Assembly (NCBI RefSeq): GCF_900106675.1
Contig: NZ_FNOB01000025.1
Coordinates: forward strand, 14,645-46,644
Length of the DNA stretch: 32,000 nucleotides
Direction: 5' to 3'
Source of the DNA: Allgaiera indica
GTDB taxonomy: Bacteria > Pseudomonadota > Alphaproteobacteria > Rhodobacterales > Rhodobacteraceae
The notes under the pieces are model-generated. The model was not told where the DNA came from. It saw only the letters and a program-made list of their open reading frames with translations, and did no database searches. The position numbers were made by a program, and so were the translations under genes. Every line of letters starts with the position of its first letter. Position 1 is the first letter of the stretch. Positions 1-8,466 of this stretch are shown piece by piece.

Positions 1-1946
1 TCACCTTCCTTGTGATCTATTCCACGGCGGTGATGGTCGGCGTGCTCAGCCATGTTCCGGGCGGCATCGGCGTCTTCGAGAGTGTGATGATCGCGGCCCT
101 TCCCGCCGAGGTCAGCGTCGAACAGGCGGCCACCGCGCTGCTGCTGTTTCGGATGATCTATTACCTCGTGCCCTTCGGTCTGGCGATGCTGGCGATCTCG
201 GTGAACGAGGCGCGGCTGGCCTCGGGGCCGATCGCGCGTTTCCTGCACCGCCACCTGGGCGAGATGAGCGACACGATGGTTCCCGTCAGCCGCGCCATGT
301 CGGGGGTTGCCCCGGCGGCGATGGGCACCATGGTGATGGGGCTGGGCATCTGGATGATCATGATGGCGCTGATGCCCTCGGTCCGCCCGCACGAGGCCTA
401 TCCCCACGATATCCTGGCCGCCGTCATCCTGGAGGGCGGGGCGATGGCCTCGGCGGTGCTGGGGGTGCTGATGATCCTGCTGGCACAGGGGCTGATGCGG
501 CGCATCTCGGCCGCCTATTGGCTGGCCGAGGTGGCGCTGATGGCCGGCGCGGTCGCCTCGGTCGCGAACGGCATCGATATCAAGAGCGCCCTGTTGCTGC
601 TGGTCGCCGCGATGATCCTGTCACCGATGCGGGGCGAATTCTACCGCGCCGCGCGGTTGACGCAGAACTTGCTTAGCCCCAGCTGGTTCGTGCTGATCTT
701 CGCGATCCTGCTGTCGGGGGCGGCCTTTCTTTACCTGATGGACCGCAACGAGCCCTATTCGCATGAAATCCTGTTGCGGTTCGCGACCGATGCGAATGCG
801 CCGCGGGCGCTTCGGGCGGGGCTGGCCGCGACCGCGTTGATGACCTTCGCGCTGATCTATCTGGCGATGCAGCCGCCCCGGGCGCGGTCGGTAAGGCCCG
901 ATCCGGCGGCTCTGGCGCTGGCCCAACAGATCATCGCCACCCAGGACGCGCCCGAGGCCATGTTGGCATTGTCGGGCGACAAGACCTTCTTCTTCTCGGA
1001 AAACAACGACGCCTTCATCATGTATGGCGTGCAGGGCAGTTCCTGGATCGCCTTTTCCGATCCGGTCGGTGCCCGCGAGGCGGTGCGCGATCTGGCCTGG
1101 GCCTTCTTCGATGCCGCCTATGCCGCCGGCTGCCGGCCGGTGTTCTACGAGGTCTCCGAAGCCTACCTGCCGATCTGGGTCGAGATGGGCATGAGCGTGA
1201 ACAAGATCGGCGAAGAGGCGGTGGTGCTGCTGGCCGATTTTTCGCTGAGCGGGCGGAAGTTCAAGAACATGCGGTCCGCGCGCAATCAGACCTTGCGCGA
1301 CGGGGTCAGCTTCGAACTGCTGTCGCCGCCGCATTCGCCGGCCCGCCTGGCAGAGCTGAAATTCGTCTCGGACCGCTGGCTGTCGGAAAAGCGGGGCCGC
1401 GAAAAGCGGTTTTCCGTGGGCCGTTTCGACCCCGAGTATCTGCAGCGCTTCCGCATCGGTGTGGCGCGCAGATCCGGGCGGATCGTGGCCTTCGCTTCGT
1501 TGATGGAGACACCGACCAAGGCCGGGGCCGCCGTCGATCTGATGCGCTACGGCGCCGAGGCCCCCGAAGGGGTGATGGAGTTCCTCTTCGTGTCGCTGAT
1601 CGAGGCCTGCCGGGACGAGGGTTTTGCGACCTTCAGCCTGGGCATGGCGCCGCTTGCGGGGATTACCGCGAAACACGGCGCGCGGATGTGGAACCGCTTC
1701 GGCGCGGTGCTGTTCCGCTATGGCGGGGCGTTCTACAATTTCGCCGGGCTGCGCGGCTTCAAGCAGAAATTCGGCCCCGATTGGCGGCCGCGCTATTTCG
1801 CGGTGCCGGGCGCGTTGCCGCCGCTGACCGCGCTGCGCGACGTGACCTTGCTGATTTCGGGGGGCGCGCGCGGGGTGATGCGCAAGGAAAAGCGCGCCCG
1901 CGCGGCGCAGGAGCGGCCGATCACGCCGCCGCCTTCCGCGGGCTAG
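1..1946 (+). CDS. mprF: Lysyl-phosphatidylglycerol synthase/flippase family protein (MprF/LpiA-like); 5' end lies outside the window
   Basis: The frame is open from base 3, with no stop before track ORF 12..1946. The first ~300 aa are consecutive hydrophobic helices. The last ~330 aa match my recollection of the DUF2156/LPG-synthase C-terminal domain (SGDKTFFFS, FSVGRFDPEYL, FYNFAGLRGFKQKFGP). Stop TAG is at 1944-1946. Confidence 0.8.
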   Translation, partial: TFLVIYSTAVMVGVLSHVPGGIGVFESVMIAALPAEVSVEQAATALLLFRMIYYLVPFGLAMLAISVNEARLASGPIARFLHRHLGEMSDTMVPVSRAMSGVAPAAMGTMVMGLGIWMIMMALMPSVRPHEAYPHDILAAVILEGGAMASAVLGVLMILLAQGLMRRISAAYWLAEVALMAGAVASVANGIDIKSALLLLVAAMILSPMRGEFYRAARLTQNLLSPSWFVLIFAILLSGAAFLYLMDRNEPYSHEILLRFATDANAPRALRAGLAATALMTFALIYLAMQPPRARSVRPDPAALALAQQIIATQDAPEAMLALSGDKTFFFSENNDAFIMYGVQGSSWIAFSDPVGAREAVRDLAWAFFDAAYAAGCRPVFYEVSEAYLPIWVEMGMSVNKIGEEAVVLLADFSLSGRKFKNMRSARNQTLRDGVSFELLSPPHSPARLAELKFVSDRWLSEKRGREKRFSVGRFDPEYLQRFRIGVARRSGRIVAFASLMETPTKAGAAVDLMRYGAEAPEGVMEFLFVSLIEACRDEGFATFSLGMAPLAGITAKHGARMWNRFGAVLFRYGGAFYNFAGLRGFKQKFGPDWRPRYFAVPGALPPLTALRDVTLLISGGARGVMRKEKRARAAQERPITPPPSAG

Positions 1947-2084
1947 ATCGTGTCGCAATCGCCGCGCCGGGGGCGGCCGTCGGCGTGCATCGGCGGGCAG
2001 GGGCCGAACGCGCGGCCTCGGGGTTGGACCCGGCGCGCCCGTGGTTCGTGCCGGGCTGCGCGGCGTGGCGCGGCAGATCGGCCG

Positions 2085-2642
2085 CTATTTCAACAGGTCC
2101 GCAGTCCGGCCGTAGGCACTGGCAAAGCCCTTCAGCGGCGCATCCACGCGGAATGGCCTGCCGTCGCCCGCGGTGGCCTCGATCCGCAGCTTGGCGCCAT
2201 CCGAAACCGCCTTGATCGCCGCGGCCGACAGGTCGAGCGGCACCAGGCAGCCGGCCGGAATGCAGGTCGAAAACCACCGCGGTTTGCCGATGGGCCTGTC
2301 CTTCACCGACAACTGGATCGGTTTGGTCACCGACAGGCCGAAGGGCATCACGATCACCCCGCGGGCGCCGCCCTGGGCCAGCGGGACAAGGCTGATCTCC
2401 AGCGCCAGCCGGCGGGTCTTCCTGTCCGATTGCTGCTGCGACATTGCGCAGGCGGTCGTTTGCGCGCCGTCCTTGGCGGTGACGCGGCAGCGCACCGTCC
2501 AGTCGCCATGAACCTCGTTAAGCGAACTGGCGCCTCCCGGCAGCGCGCGGCTTTGCGCGGGTGCCGTCGTGGCCAGGGCGCAAAGCGCCGCCGCGATGGT
2601 CGCGCCCGCGAAAAGGCCCCGGCCGGATCCTGGCTTTCTCAT
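2085..2642 (-). CDS. Invasion-associated locus B (IalB) family periplasmic protein
   Basis: I chose the internal ATG at 2642 (MRKPGSG...), which is preceded by GGAAGGAAG. There is a signal-peptide-like N-terminus (AAALCALATTAPAQS). The body resembles the IalB family (WTVRC...C...SQQQ, FSTCIPAGC). Confidence 0.75.
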   Translation of the reverse strand: MRKPGSGRGLFAGATIAAALCALATTAPAQSRALPGGASSLNEVHGDWTVRCRVTAKDGAQTTACAMSQQQSDRKTRRLALEISLVPLAQGGARGVIVMPFGLSVTKPIQLSVKDRPIGKPRWFSTCIPAGCLVPLDLSAAAIKAVSDGAKLRIEATAGDGRPFRVDAPLKGFASAYGRTADLLK

Positions 2643-2721
2643 GTCTTCCTTCCTGCTTATGCCCTGCCTCACGGGGGCGCCCGGGCAGGCACCCCGTCGG
2701 AGTGCGGGCGGGCATGGTCGA

Positions 2722-4107
2722 TCAGGCCACCAGACCTTCGGCGCGGGCCCAGTCCGCCGCGCGGTCGATCGCGATGCCCATCAGGCGCACGATCTCGTCC
2801 ACGTCGTGTTCGGTCACGATCAGGGGTGGGCAGACGGCGATGGAATCGCCCAGGTTGCGGAAGATCACCCCTTCCTCATGGCCGTATTCGAACACCTTGC
2901 CGCCGACCTTGCCGACCGGGTCGAAGGGTCGCTTCGTCGCCTTGTCGGCCACCAGTTCGACCGCCGCGATCAGCCCGGTGCCGCGCACCTCGCCCACCAG
3001 CGGGTGATCGGCAAGCTTCGCAAGGCCCGCCTGCAGCCGTTCGCCCATCTTCGCGGCGTTCTCCATCAGCCCCTGTTCCTCGATGATCGCCAGGTTTTCC
3101 AACCCCACGGCACAGGCCACCGGATGGCCCGAGGCGGTGAAGCCATGGCCGAAACCGCCCAGCTTGTGGGTATTGTCGGCGATGACGTTGTAGATATCTT
3201 CCGAGAAGACGATCGCCGCCAGCGGCATGTAGGATGAGGTCAGCTGTTTCGAGGTCACCAGGATGTCGGGGGTGAAGCCCATCTTTTCGCAGCCCCAGCG
3301 CGCGCCGGTGCGGCCGAAGCCGTTAATCACCTCGTCCGAGACCAGCAGGATATCGTATTTGCGGCACAGCGCCTCGATCCCCTGCCAATAGCCCTCGGGC
3401 GGGACCATGACGCCGCCGGCGCCCATCACCGGCTCGCCGATGAAGGCGGCGATGGTTTCGGGGCCCTCGGCCAGGATCGTGTCCTCGGCCTCCTTCAGAA
3501 GCCGTGCGCAGAACTGCGCCTCGGTCTCGCCCTCCTGTCCGAAACGGTAGAGATGCGGGCAGGTGAGGTGCACCACCGGGATCGCCGGCAGGTCGAAATC
3601 GCGGTGGTTGCCGGGCAGGCCCGTCAGGCTGCCCGACGCTATGGTGATGCCGTGATAGGCCTTGTTGCGGGCCAGGAACTTCTTCTTCTGCGGCCGGCCG
3701 AGGGCGTTGTTCATGTACCACACCAGCTTGATCACCGTGTCGTTCGCCTCGGACCCCGAGGAGGTGTAGAACACCCGTGTCAGGTTCTCGGGCGTCATCT
3801 CGACCAGCTTTTCGGCCAGCCGGACCGACGGCTCGTGCGATTTCGAGGCGAAGGTATGGTAATAGGGCAGCTTTTCCATCTGCGCCGCGGCGGCGTCGCG
3901 CAGGCGGGTCTGCGAAAAGCCCACCGCGACCGACCACAGCCCCGACATCGCCTCGATATAGCGCTTGCCGGACTGGTCGATGACATGGACGCCATCGCCC
4001 TTCTCGATCACCAGCGGCCCCTTTTGCTCATGCATGCGGGCATCCGTGTAGGGGTGCAGTATCGTGGTGATATCGGCATGGGCGACGGAATTCGACAGCT
4101 CGTTCAT
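2722..4107 (-). CDS. Class III PLP-dependent aminotransferase (omega-amino acid/amine:pyruvate transaminase type)
   Basis: The start at 4107 (MNELSNS...) has AAGGAGG 7 nt upstream. The upstream extension to 4254 looks non-coding. Family motifs are present: SGSEANDT, DEVINGFGRTG, and the SKQLTSSY lysine region. Confidence 0.85.
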   Translation of the reverse strand: MNELSNSVAHADITTILHPYTDARMHEQKGPLVIEKGDGVHVIDQSGKRYIEAMSGLWSVAVGFSQTRLRDAAAAQMEKLPYYHTFASKSHEPSVRLAEKLVEMTPENLTRVFYTSSGSEANDTVIKLVWYMNNALGRPQKKKFLARNKAYHGITIASGSLTGLPGNHRDFDLPAIPVVHLTCPHLYRFGQEGETEAQFCARLLKEAEDTILAEGPETIAAFIGEPVMGAGGVMVPPEGYWQGIEALCRKYDILLVSDEVINGFGRTGARWGCEKMGFTPDILVTSKQLTSSYMPLAAIVFSEDIYNVIADNTHKLGGFGHGFTASGHPVACAVGLENLAIIEEQGLMENAAKMGERLQAGLAKLADHPLVGEVRGTGLIAAVELVADKATKRPFDPVGKVGGKVFEYGHEEGVIFRNLGDSIAVCPPLIVTEHDVDEIVRLMGIAIDRAADWARAEGLVA

Positions 4108-4417
4108 GGCGTCCTCCTTGGCAAGCGGCTCGGCCGAGTCGCGGCCGATTGCCTCAGGTGTCGCGCATCGCGGCGCAAAGGGCCAGCGGAACTTCCCCGG
4201 TGCCTGGGGTGCGGGGGCCGCCTGCACAAGGCCTGTGCGGGAGGCGGCGGCCAAATCGGGCCAGGCGCCGGATCGCGGGCGCGGGATGGCCTGCCTGAGC
4301 AGTCGCGGGGGCTTCGTTTCCGGCTACCGGATCGACGCAGAGCCGGATCCCGCGTAGCCTTATCCCGGGCGCCGGGCCGGATCTTCCGCCTGCGCGGGTT
4401 AACGGAAAGGGGCGTTC

Positions 4418-5566
4418 TTGGCAGCAAGGACAGAAAAGAGCTGGCGCGTCGGGGTGCTGTTTTCACGAAGCGGCACCACCCATGTGACCGAGAGCGACCA
4501 TATCCGCGGCACCGAGCTTGCCATGGAACAGATCAACGCGTCGGGCGGCGTGCTGGGCCTTCCGCTCCGCCCTGTCAGCTACGATCCCGCGGCCGATGCC
4601 GCGCAATACCGGGCGCTTGCGCGGCGGATGCTGGGCGAGGACGAGATCGACGTCATCTTCGGCTGTTCGACCTCGGCCAGCCGCAAGGCAGTGTTGCCGA
4701 TCGTCGAGCGCCACAACGGCCTTCTGTTCTATCCCTCGATGTACGAGGGTTTCGAATATTGCGAGAATATCCTCTATGCCGGGGCCACGCTGAACCAGAC
4801 CTGCCTGCCGCTGGCTGAATATCTGCTGGCCCATCACGGCCGGCGGATCTTCTTCGTGGGCTCTGATTACATCTACCCCCGGGAATCGAACCGGGTGATG
4901 CGCGACCTGATCGAGGCCAAGGGCGGGGAAGCGGTCGGGGAAGTTTATCTGCCGCTGGGCAGCACCGGCACGGCGGTGGCCGAGGTGGTCGACCAGATCC
5001 GCCTGGCGCGCCCGGACGCGGTGTTTTCCACCGTCGTCGGCACCTCGGCCCATGCGTTCTACCGGCTCTATGACGAGGCCGGCATCGACCGGGCGGCGCA
5101 GCCGGTCGCCAGCCTGACCATGGCCGAAAGCGAGATCGCCCACATCGGGCCGCGGCATTGCAGCGGCCATATCCTGGCCGCGACCTATCTGCAGACCCTC
5201 GACAGCCCCGAAAACCACCGCTTCGTCGCGGCCTACAAGGCGCGTTTCGGAGACGACGCGCGCGCTTCCGTCTGGTCCGAGGCCGCCTATGTCCAGGTGC
5301 ATCTGTTCGCCCGGGCGCTGGCCCGGGCCGGCAGCATGGATCCGGCGCGCATCGGCCGGGCGCTGCTGGGCGACGAGATGCAGACCCCCGAAGGCGCGAT
5401 CCGTGTCGATCCCGACACCCGCCATCTGTGGCTGACACCGCGCATCGGCGTGGCGCGCGCCGACGGGCTGTTCGAACTGGTCTGGCAGGGCGGCGGCCCC
5501 ACGCGCCCCGATCCCTACCTTGCCACCACCCGGTTCGAGGAGGCGTCGCTGGAGGAATGGGCATGA
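4418..5566 (+). CDS. amiC: AmiC-type amide sensor and negative regulator of amidase expression (LivJ-like fold)
   Basis: Long collinear similarity to my recollection of Pseudomonas aeruginosa AmiC (SRKAVLPIVERHNGLLFYPSMYEGFEY, FFVGSDYIYPRESNRVMRDL, IRPDPY-type C-terminus). There is no signal peptide. The start is TTG at 4418 with GGAAAGGGG upstream. Confidence 0.85.
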   Translation: MAARTEKSWRVGVLFSRSGTTHVTESDHIRGTELAMEQINASGGVLGLPLRPVSYDPAADAAQYRALARRMLGEDEIDVIFGCSTSASRKAVLPIVERHNGLLFYPSMYEGFEYCENILYAGATLNQTCLPLAEYLLAHHGRRIFFVGSDYIYPRESNRVMRDLIEAKGGEAVGEVYLPLGSTGTAVAEVVDQIRLARPDAVFSTVVGTSAHAFYRLYDEAGIDRAAQPVASLTMAESEIAHIGPRHCSGHILAATYLQTLDSPENHRFVAAYKARFGDDARASVWSEAAYVQVHLFARALARAGSMDPARIGRALLGDEMQTPEGAIRVDPDTRHLWLTPRIGVARADGLFELVWQGGGPTRPDPYLATTRFEEASLEEWA

Positions 5567-6195
5567 AGGGCGCGCGGCGGATCATGGAGGAGTTGCGGCG
5601 CGCGCGTGTCCTGATCCTGCTTCCCCAGGACGAGGACGGCAAGCTGCTGCGCGATCATCTGCGGCGCCTGGGCTGCGAGGTGCAGGCCGCCTGGCCGATC
5701 CCGCGCGACCTGCCCGAGGATATCGACACGGTGTTCATCAGCGTCAACGACGCCCCCGTGGACGAGATCCTGGCGATGATCGGCGAACGCGACGTGGCGC
5801 TGATCGCCATCGTCACCTACGAAAGCCCGACCACCCTGAAGGCGATCTACGACCTGAACGCCCATGGCGTGATGAGCAAACCCCTGCGCCCCCTGGGCAT
5901 CCTGACCCAATTCACCCTGGCGCTCTACCGTCATCGCTATGAGGCGCAGCTAAGTGTCAAGGTCCGCAAGCTTGAGGAAACGCTGAAGGGCCGCCGGCTG
6001 GTCGACCGCGCGATCCGCCTGTTGATCGAGGTCCAGGGCATGGAAGAGGACACCGCCTATCGCCTGCTGCGCGATCAGGCCACGGCCGAGCGGGTGACGC
6101 TAAGCTCGATCGCGGAAGAGATCGTCGCCGCCCACGACACCATGGCGCGGCTTGGGCTGGGGGCCAGGGGCGTTTCCAAACCGCCGCAAAAATAA
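5563..6195 (+). CDS. amiR: AmiR-type ANTAR-domain transcription antiterminator
   Basis: ATG at 5563 overlaps the amiC stop (ATGA). An alternative in-frame ATG is at 5557. The N-terminus is a pseudo-receiver domain. The C-terminus has a coiled coil plus ANTAR-like sequence (LKGRRLVDRAIRLLIEVQGMEEDTAYRLLRDQATAERVTLSSIAEEIV). Confidence 0.85.
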   Translation: MKGARRIMEELRRARVLILLPQDEDGKLLRDHLRRLGCEVQAAWPIPRDLPEDIDTVFISVNDAPVDEILAMIGERDVALIAIVTYESPTTLKAIYDLNAHGVMSKPLRPLGILTQFTLALYRHRYEAQLSVKVRKLEETLKGRRLVDRAIRLLIEVQGMEEDTAYRLLRDQATAERVTLSSIAEEIVAAHDTMARLGLGARGVSKPPQK

Positions 6196-6282
6196 CGCCG
6201 TTTTCCGGCGCGGCGCCGAAATCTTCAACTTGATCGGTGTTCCAACCTGTGCCAGCCTCAGGGCTCAAGAGCAGGATTGCTC

Positions 6283-6325
6283 GACGGCAGGGTTGCCGTC
6301 TCACATTCAGGCTATGTAGCCCCTG
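6283..6325 (+). promoter_or_regulatory. Candidate ANTAR (AmiR) RNA target: two small stem-loops, the second competing with the leader terminator
   Basis: P1 is GACGGC-AGGGUU-GCCGUC (6283-6300), with loop A at position 1 and G at position 4. P2 is GGC(U)-AUGU-(A)GCC (6310-6321), extendable to CAGG...CCUG (6308-6325). P2 sequesters 6319-6325, which is the 5' arm of the terminator. Confidence 0.45.
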
Positions 6326-6358
6326 ATCCGCGGTCGCGACCGCGTCAGGGGCTTTTTG
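6319..6358 (+). terminator. Rho-independent terminator in the leader, 16 nt upstream of the hydrolase start codon
   Basis: GCCCCTGA(6319-6326)...TCAGGGGC(6345-6352), with an inner CGCGGTC/GACCGCG stem, followed by TTTTTG (6353-6358). Confidence 0.8.
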
Positions 6359-6373
6359 CATTTCGAGGGGCCC

Positions 6374-7207
6374 ATGGCAGATCGCGCCGACGTAACACTT
6401 GCCTGCATCCAGTTCGAACCGATCATCGGGGAACCGGATCACAACCTTGCCCGGATGGAGGCCCATATCCGCGAGGCCCATGCCCGCGGCGCCGATCTGG
6501 TGGTGCTGCCGGAACTGGCCGACAGCGGCTATGTCTTCGAGACGATGGAAGAGACCGCGCGGCTGGCGCGCCCGATCCCGGGCGGCGCCAGCGCGGCGCG
6601 GCTTTGCGCCCTGGCGGCCGAACTGGGCCTGCATATCGTCTCGGGCCTGGCCGAGGAGGCGGGCGGCGATTTCTACAATTCCGCGCTGCTTTGCGGCCCC
6701 GACGGGCCGATCGGCACCTACCGCAAGCTGCATCTGTGGAACCGCGAGAACCTGTTCTTCAAGCCCGGCAACCTGGGGCTGCCGGTCTTCGACACGCCGC
6801 TGGGCCGGATCGGCATGGCGATCTGCTATGACGGCTGGTTCCCCGAAACCTTCCGCGCGCTGGCGGCCGCGGGGGCCGAGATCGTCTGCATCCCGACCAA
6901 TTGGGTGCCGATGCCCGAACAGGACCCCGAGGCCGAGGCGATGGCCAACGTTCTGCACAAGGCCGCGGCCCATTCGAACGGCTTCTACATCGCCTGCGCC
7001 GACCGGGTCGGCACCGAGCGCGGCCAGCCCTTCATCGGCCAAAGCCTGATCCTGGATGCCACCGGCTGGCCCCTGGCGGGCCCCGCCAGCCGCAGCGCGC
7101 CCGAGATCCTGATCGCCACCGTGACGCCGGGCGCCCTGCGCGCCAAGCGGCAGCTTAATGAATTCAATAACATCCTCGGCGATCGCCGGACGGATGTTTA
7201 CGGCTGA
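6374..7207 (+). CDS. Carbon-nitrogen hydrolase (nitrilase superfamily), amidase-type
   Basis: Start MADRADV at 6374. The Glu-Lys-Cys triad context is present: VVLPELADSGY, YRKLHLW, GMAICYDGWFPE. At about 277 aa it is shorter than the AmiE-type aliphatic amidase. Confidence 0.8.
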   Translation: MADRADVTLACIQFEPIIGEPDHNLARMEAHIREAHARGADLVVLPELADSGYVFETMEETARLARPIPGGASAARLCALAAELGLHIVSGLAEEAGGDFYNSALLCGPDGPIGTYRKLHLWNRENLFFKPGNLGLPVFDTPLGRIGMAICYDGWFPETFRALAAAGAEIVCIPTNWVPMPEQDPEAEAMANVLHKAAAHSNGFYIACADRVGTERGQPFIGQSLILDATGWPLAGPASRSAPEILIATVTPGALRAKRQLNEFNNILGDRRTDVYG

Positions 7208-7265
7208 GGGGTTTTCCTCGGCACTCTCCAACCCGCAACAAAAACTCAAGACAGGGAAGACGCAG

Positions 7266-8414
7266 ATGAAACGCAGACTAGTTATCGCAGCACTCGCCGG
7301 CAGCCTTCTGGCCGCCCCGGCCTTCGCCAAGGATCCGATCCTGATCGGCGTGCCGGTCGGGCTGTCTGGGGCCAATTCGGTCGTCGCGCCTTCGGTGGTG
7401 CAGGCGGCGGAACTGGCGGTCGACGAGATCAACGCCAAGGGCGGGGTGCTGGGCCGGCCGCTGAAGCTGGTGGTGGCCGATGACGCCTCGGGCGCGGTGG
7501 GCGCGCAGAAGGCGTTCGATTCGCTGGTGTTCCAGAAGAACGTGAACGTGCTGATCTCGATGGAAACCAGCGCCGCGCGCAACGCCGGCCTGCCGATCGT
7601 GGCGAAGGGCAAGATCCCCTATATCTACACCTCGTTCTACGAGGGCCATTCGTGCAGCCCCTACCTTTACGTCGATGCCTGGGTGCCCGAGCAGCAGGTG
7701 CCGCCGGTGGTGGACTACCTCAAGGGCAAGGGTGCCAAGACCTATTTCCTGATCGGCAGCGATTACGCCTTCGGGCGCGGCATGCTGGGCTTCGCGCGCA
7801 AGTATATCGACAAGACCGGCGGCAAGGTGGTGGGCGAGGAATACCTGCCGATGGACGGCACCGACTGGACGCCGATCATCTCGAAGCTGAAGGCCTTGGG
7901 GGCGGATGCGCTGATCACCTCGACCGCCGGCGGCGCGCCGAACGTCACGCTGACCAAGCAGCTGCGCAGTTCGGGCGTGACCATCCCCTACGCCAACCTT
8001 GCCGTCGATGAGGGCACTGCCAAGAGCATGGGCAAGGATGCCGCGGGGATCCTGATCTCGGCCTCCTACATCACCGGGATCGACAGCAAGGCCAACAAGG
8101 ATTTCATGGCCGCGCTGAAGAAGAAGTTCGGCGACAAGGCGCGCACACCGAACGATCTGTCGGTGCCGGAATATGAGGGTATCTATCTTTATGCCAAGGC
8201 CGTCGAGAAGGCCGGCACCACCGATACGCGTCCGGTGTTGAAGGCGCTGGGCGAGGTGTCGTTCACCGGGCCGCGCGGCACCATCCGGATGAACAAGCAG
8301 CATCACGCGCCGCTGACCATGTATCTGGGTCAGGTGCAGGACGATGGCTCTGTCAAGGTGGTGAAGTCGTTCAAGGACGTCGACCCCGGCAATCAGTGCC
8401 CGAACCTGAAGTAA
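7266..8414 (+). CDS. HAAT-family (LivJ/FmdD/amide-urea type) periplasmic substrate-binding protein
   Basis: ATG at 7266. The signal peptide is MKRRLVIAALAGSLLAAPAFA. The body is Peripla_BP_6-like (ILIGVPVGLSGANS, YFLIGSDYAFGRG). Confidence 0.8.
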   Translation: MKRRLVIAALAGSLLAAPAFAKDPILIGVPVGLSGANSVVAPSVVQAAELAVDEINAKGGVLGRPLKLVVADDASGAVGAQKAFDSLVFQKNVNVLISMETSAARNAGLPIVAKGKIPYIYTSFYEGHSCSPYLYVDAWVPEQQVPPVVDYLKGKGAKTYFLIGSDYAFGRGMLGFARKYIDKTGGKVVGEEYLPMDGTDWTPIISKLKALGADALITSTAGGAPNVTLTKQLRSSGVTIPYANLAVDEGTAKSMGKDAAGILISASYITGIDSKANKDFMAALKKKFGDKARTPNDLSVPEYEGIYLYAKAVEKAGTTDTRPVLKALGEVSFTGPRGTIRMNKQHHAPLTMYLGQVQDDGSVKVVKSFKDVDPGNQCPNLK

Positions 8415-8417
8415 GCG

Positions 8418-8443
8418 CGGGGCGGGGTCGCCCGGCGGCCCCG
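8418..8443 (+). other. GC-rich intercistronic stem-loop just after the binding-protein gene
   Basis: CGGGGC(8418-8423)...GCCCCG(8438-8443) with an inner GGG/CCC pairing. There is no clean U-tract (TCCTTC). Confidence 0.35.
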
Positions 8444-8466
8444 TCCTTCAATACAGGAGACGGCGC

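Noticed and set aside
621-1958. 445-aa ORF on the - strand, antisense to the mprF-like gene
   Set aside because: The translation is extremely Arg/Gly/Pro/His-rich with no recognisable motif. It fully overlaps a gene with clear family similarity. This is a typical open antisense frame in high-GC DNA.
1950-3086. 378-aa + strand ORF spanning the ialB and aminotransferase regions
   Set aside because: It is a low-complexity Arg/Pro/Ala/Gly translation. It overlaps two well-supported - strand genes and has no RBS or family resemblance.
3553-4818. 421-aa + strand ORF across the aminotransferase/amiC boundary
   Set aside because: It is antisense to the aminotransferase and out of frame with amiC. 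It is Arg-rich and low-complexity, so I treat it as spurious.
6196-6240. Hairpin CGCCG-TTTTC-CGGCG right after the amiR stop as an amiR terminator
   Set aside because: The stem is only 5 bp, there are competing alternative pairings (CGGCGC/GCGCCG), and no downstream U-tract. The strong terminator at 6319-6358 is the more convincing 3' signal.
5957-7612. 551-aa - strand ORF antisense to amiR, the leader, the hydrolase and the SBP genes
   Set aside because: It crosses a strong + strand terminator and three well-supported genes. Its composition is typical of GC-rich antisense frames.
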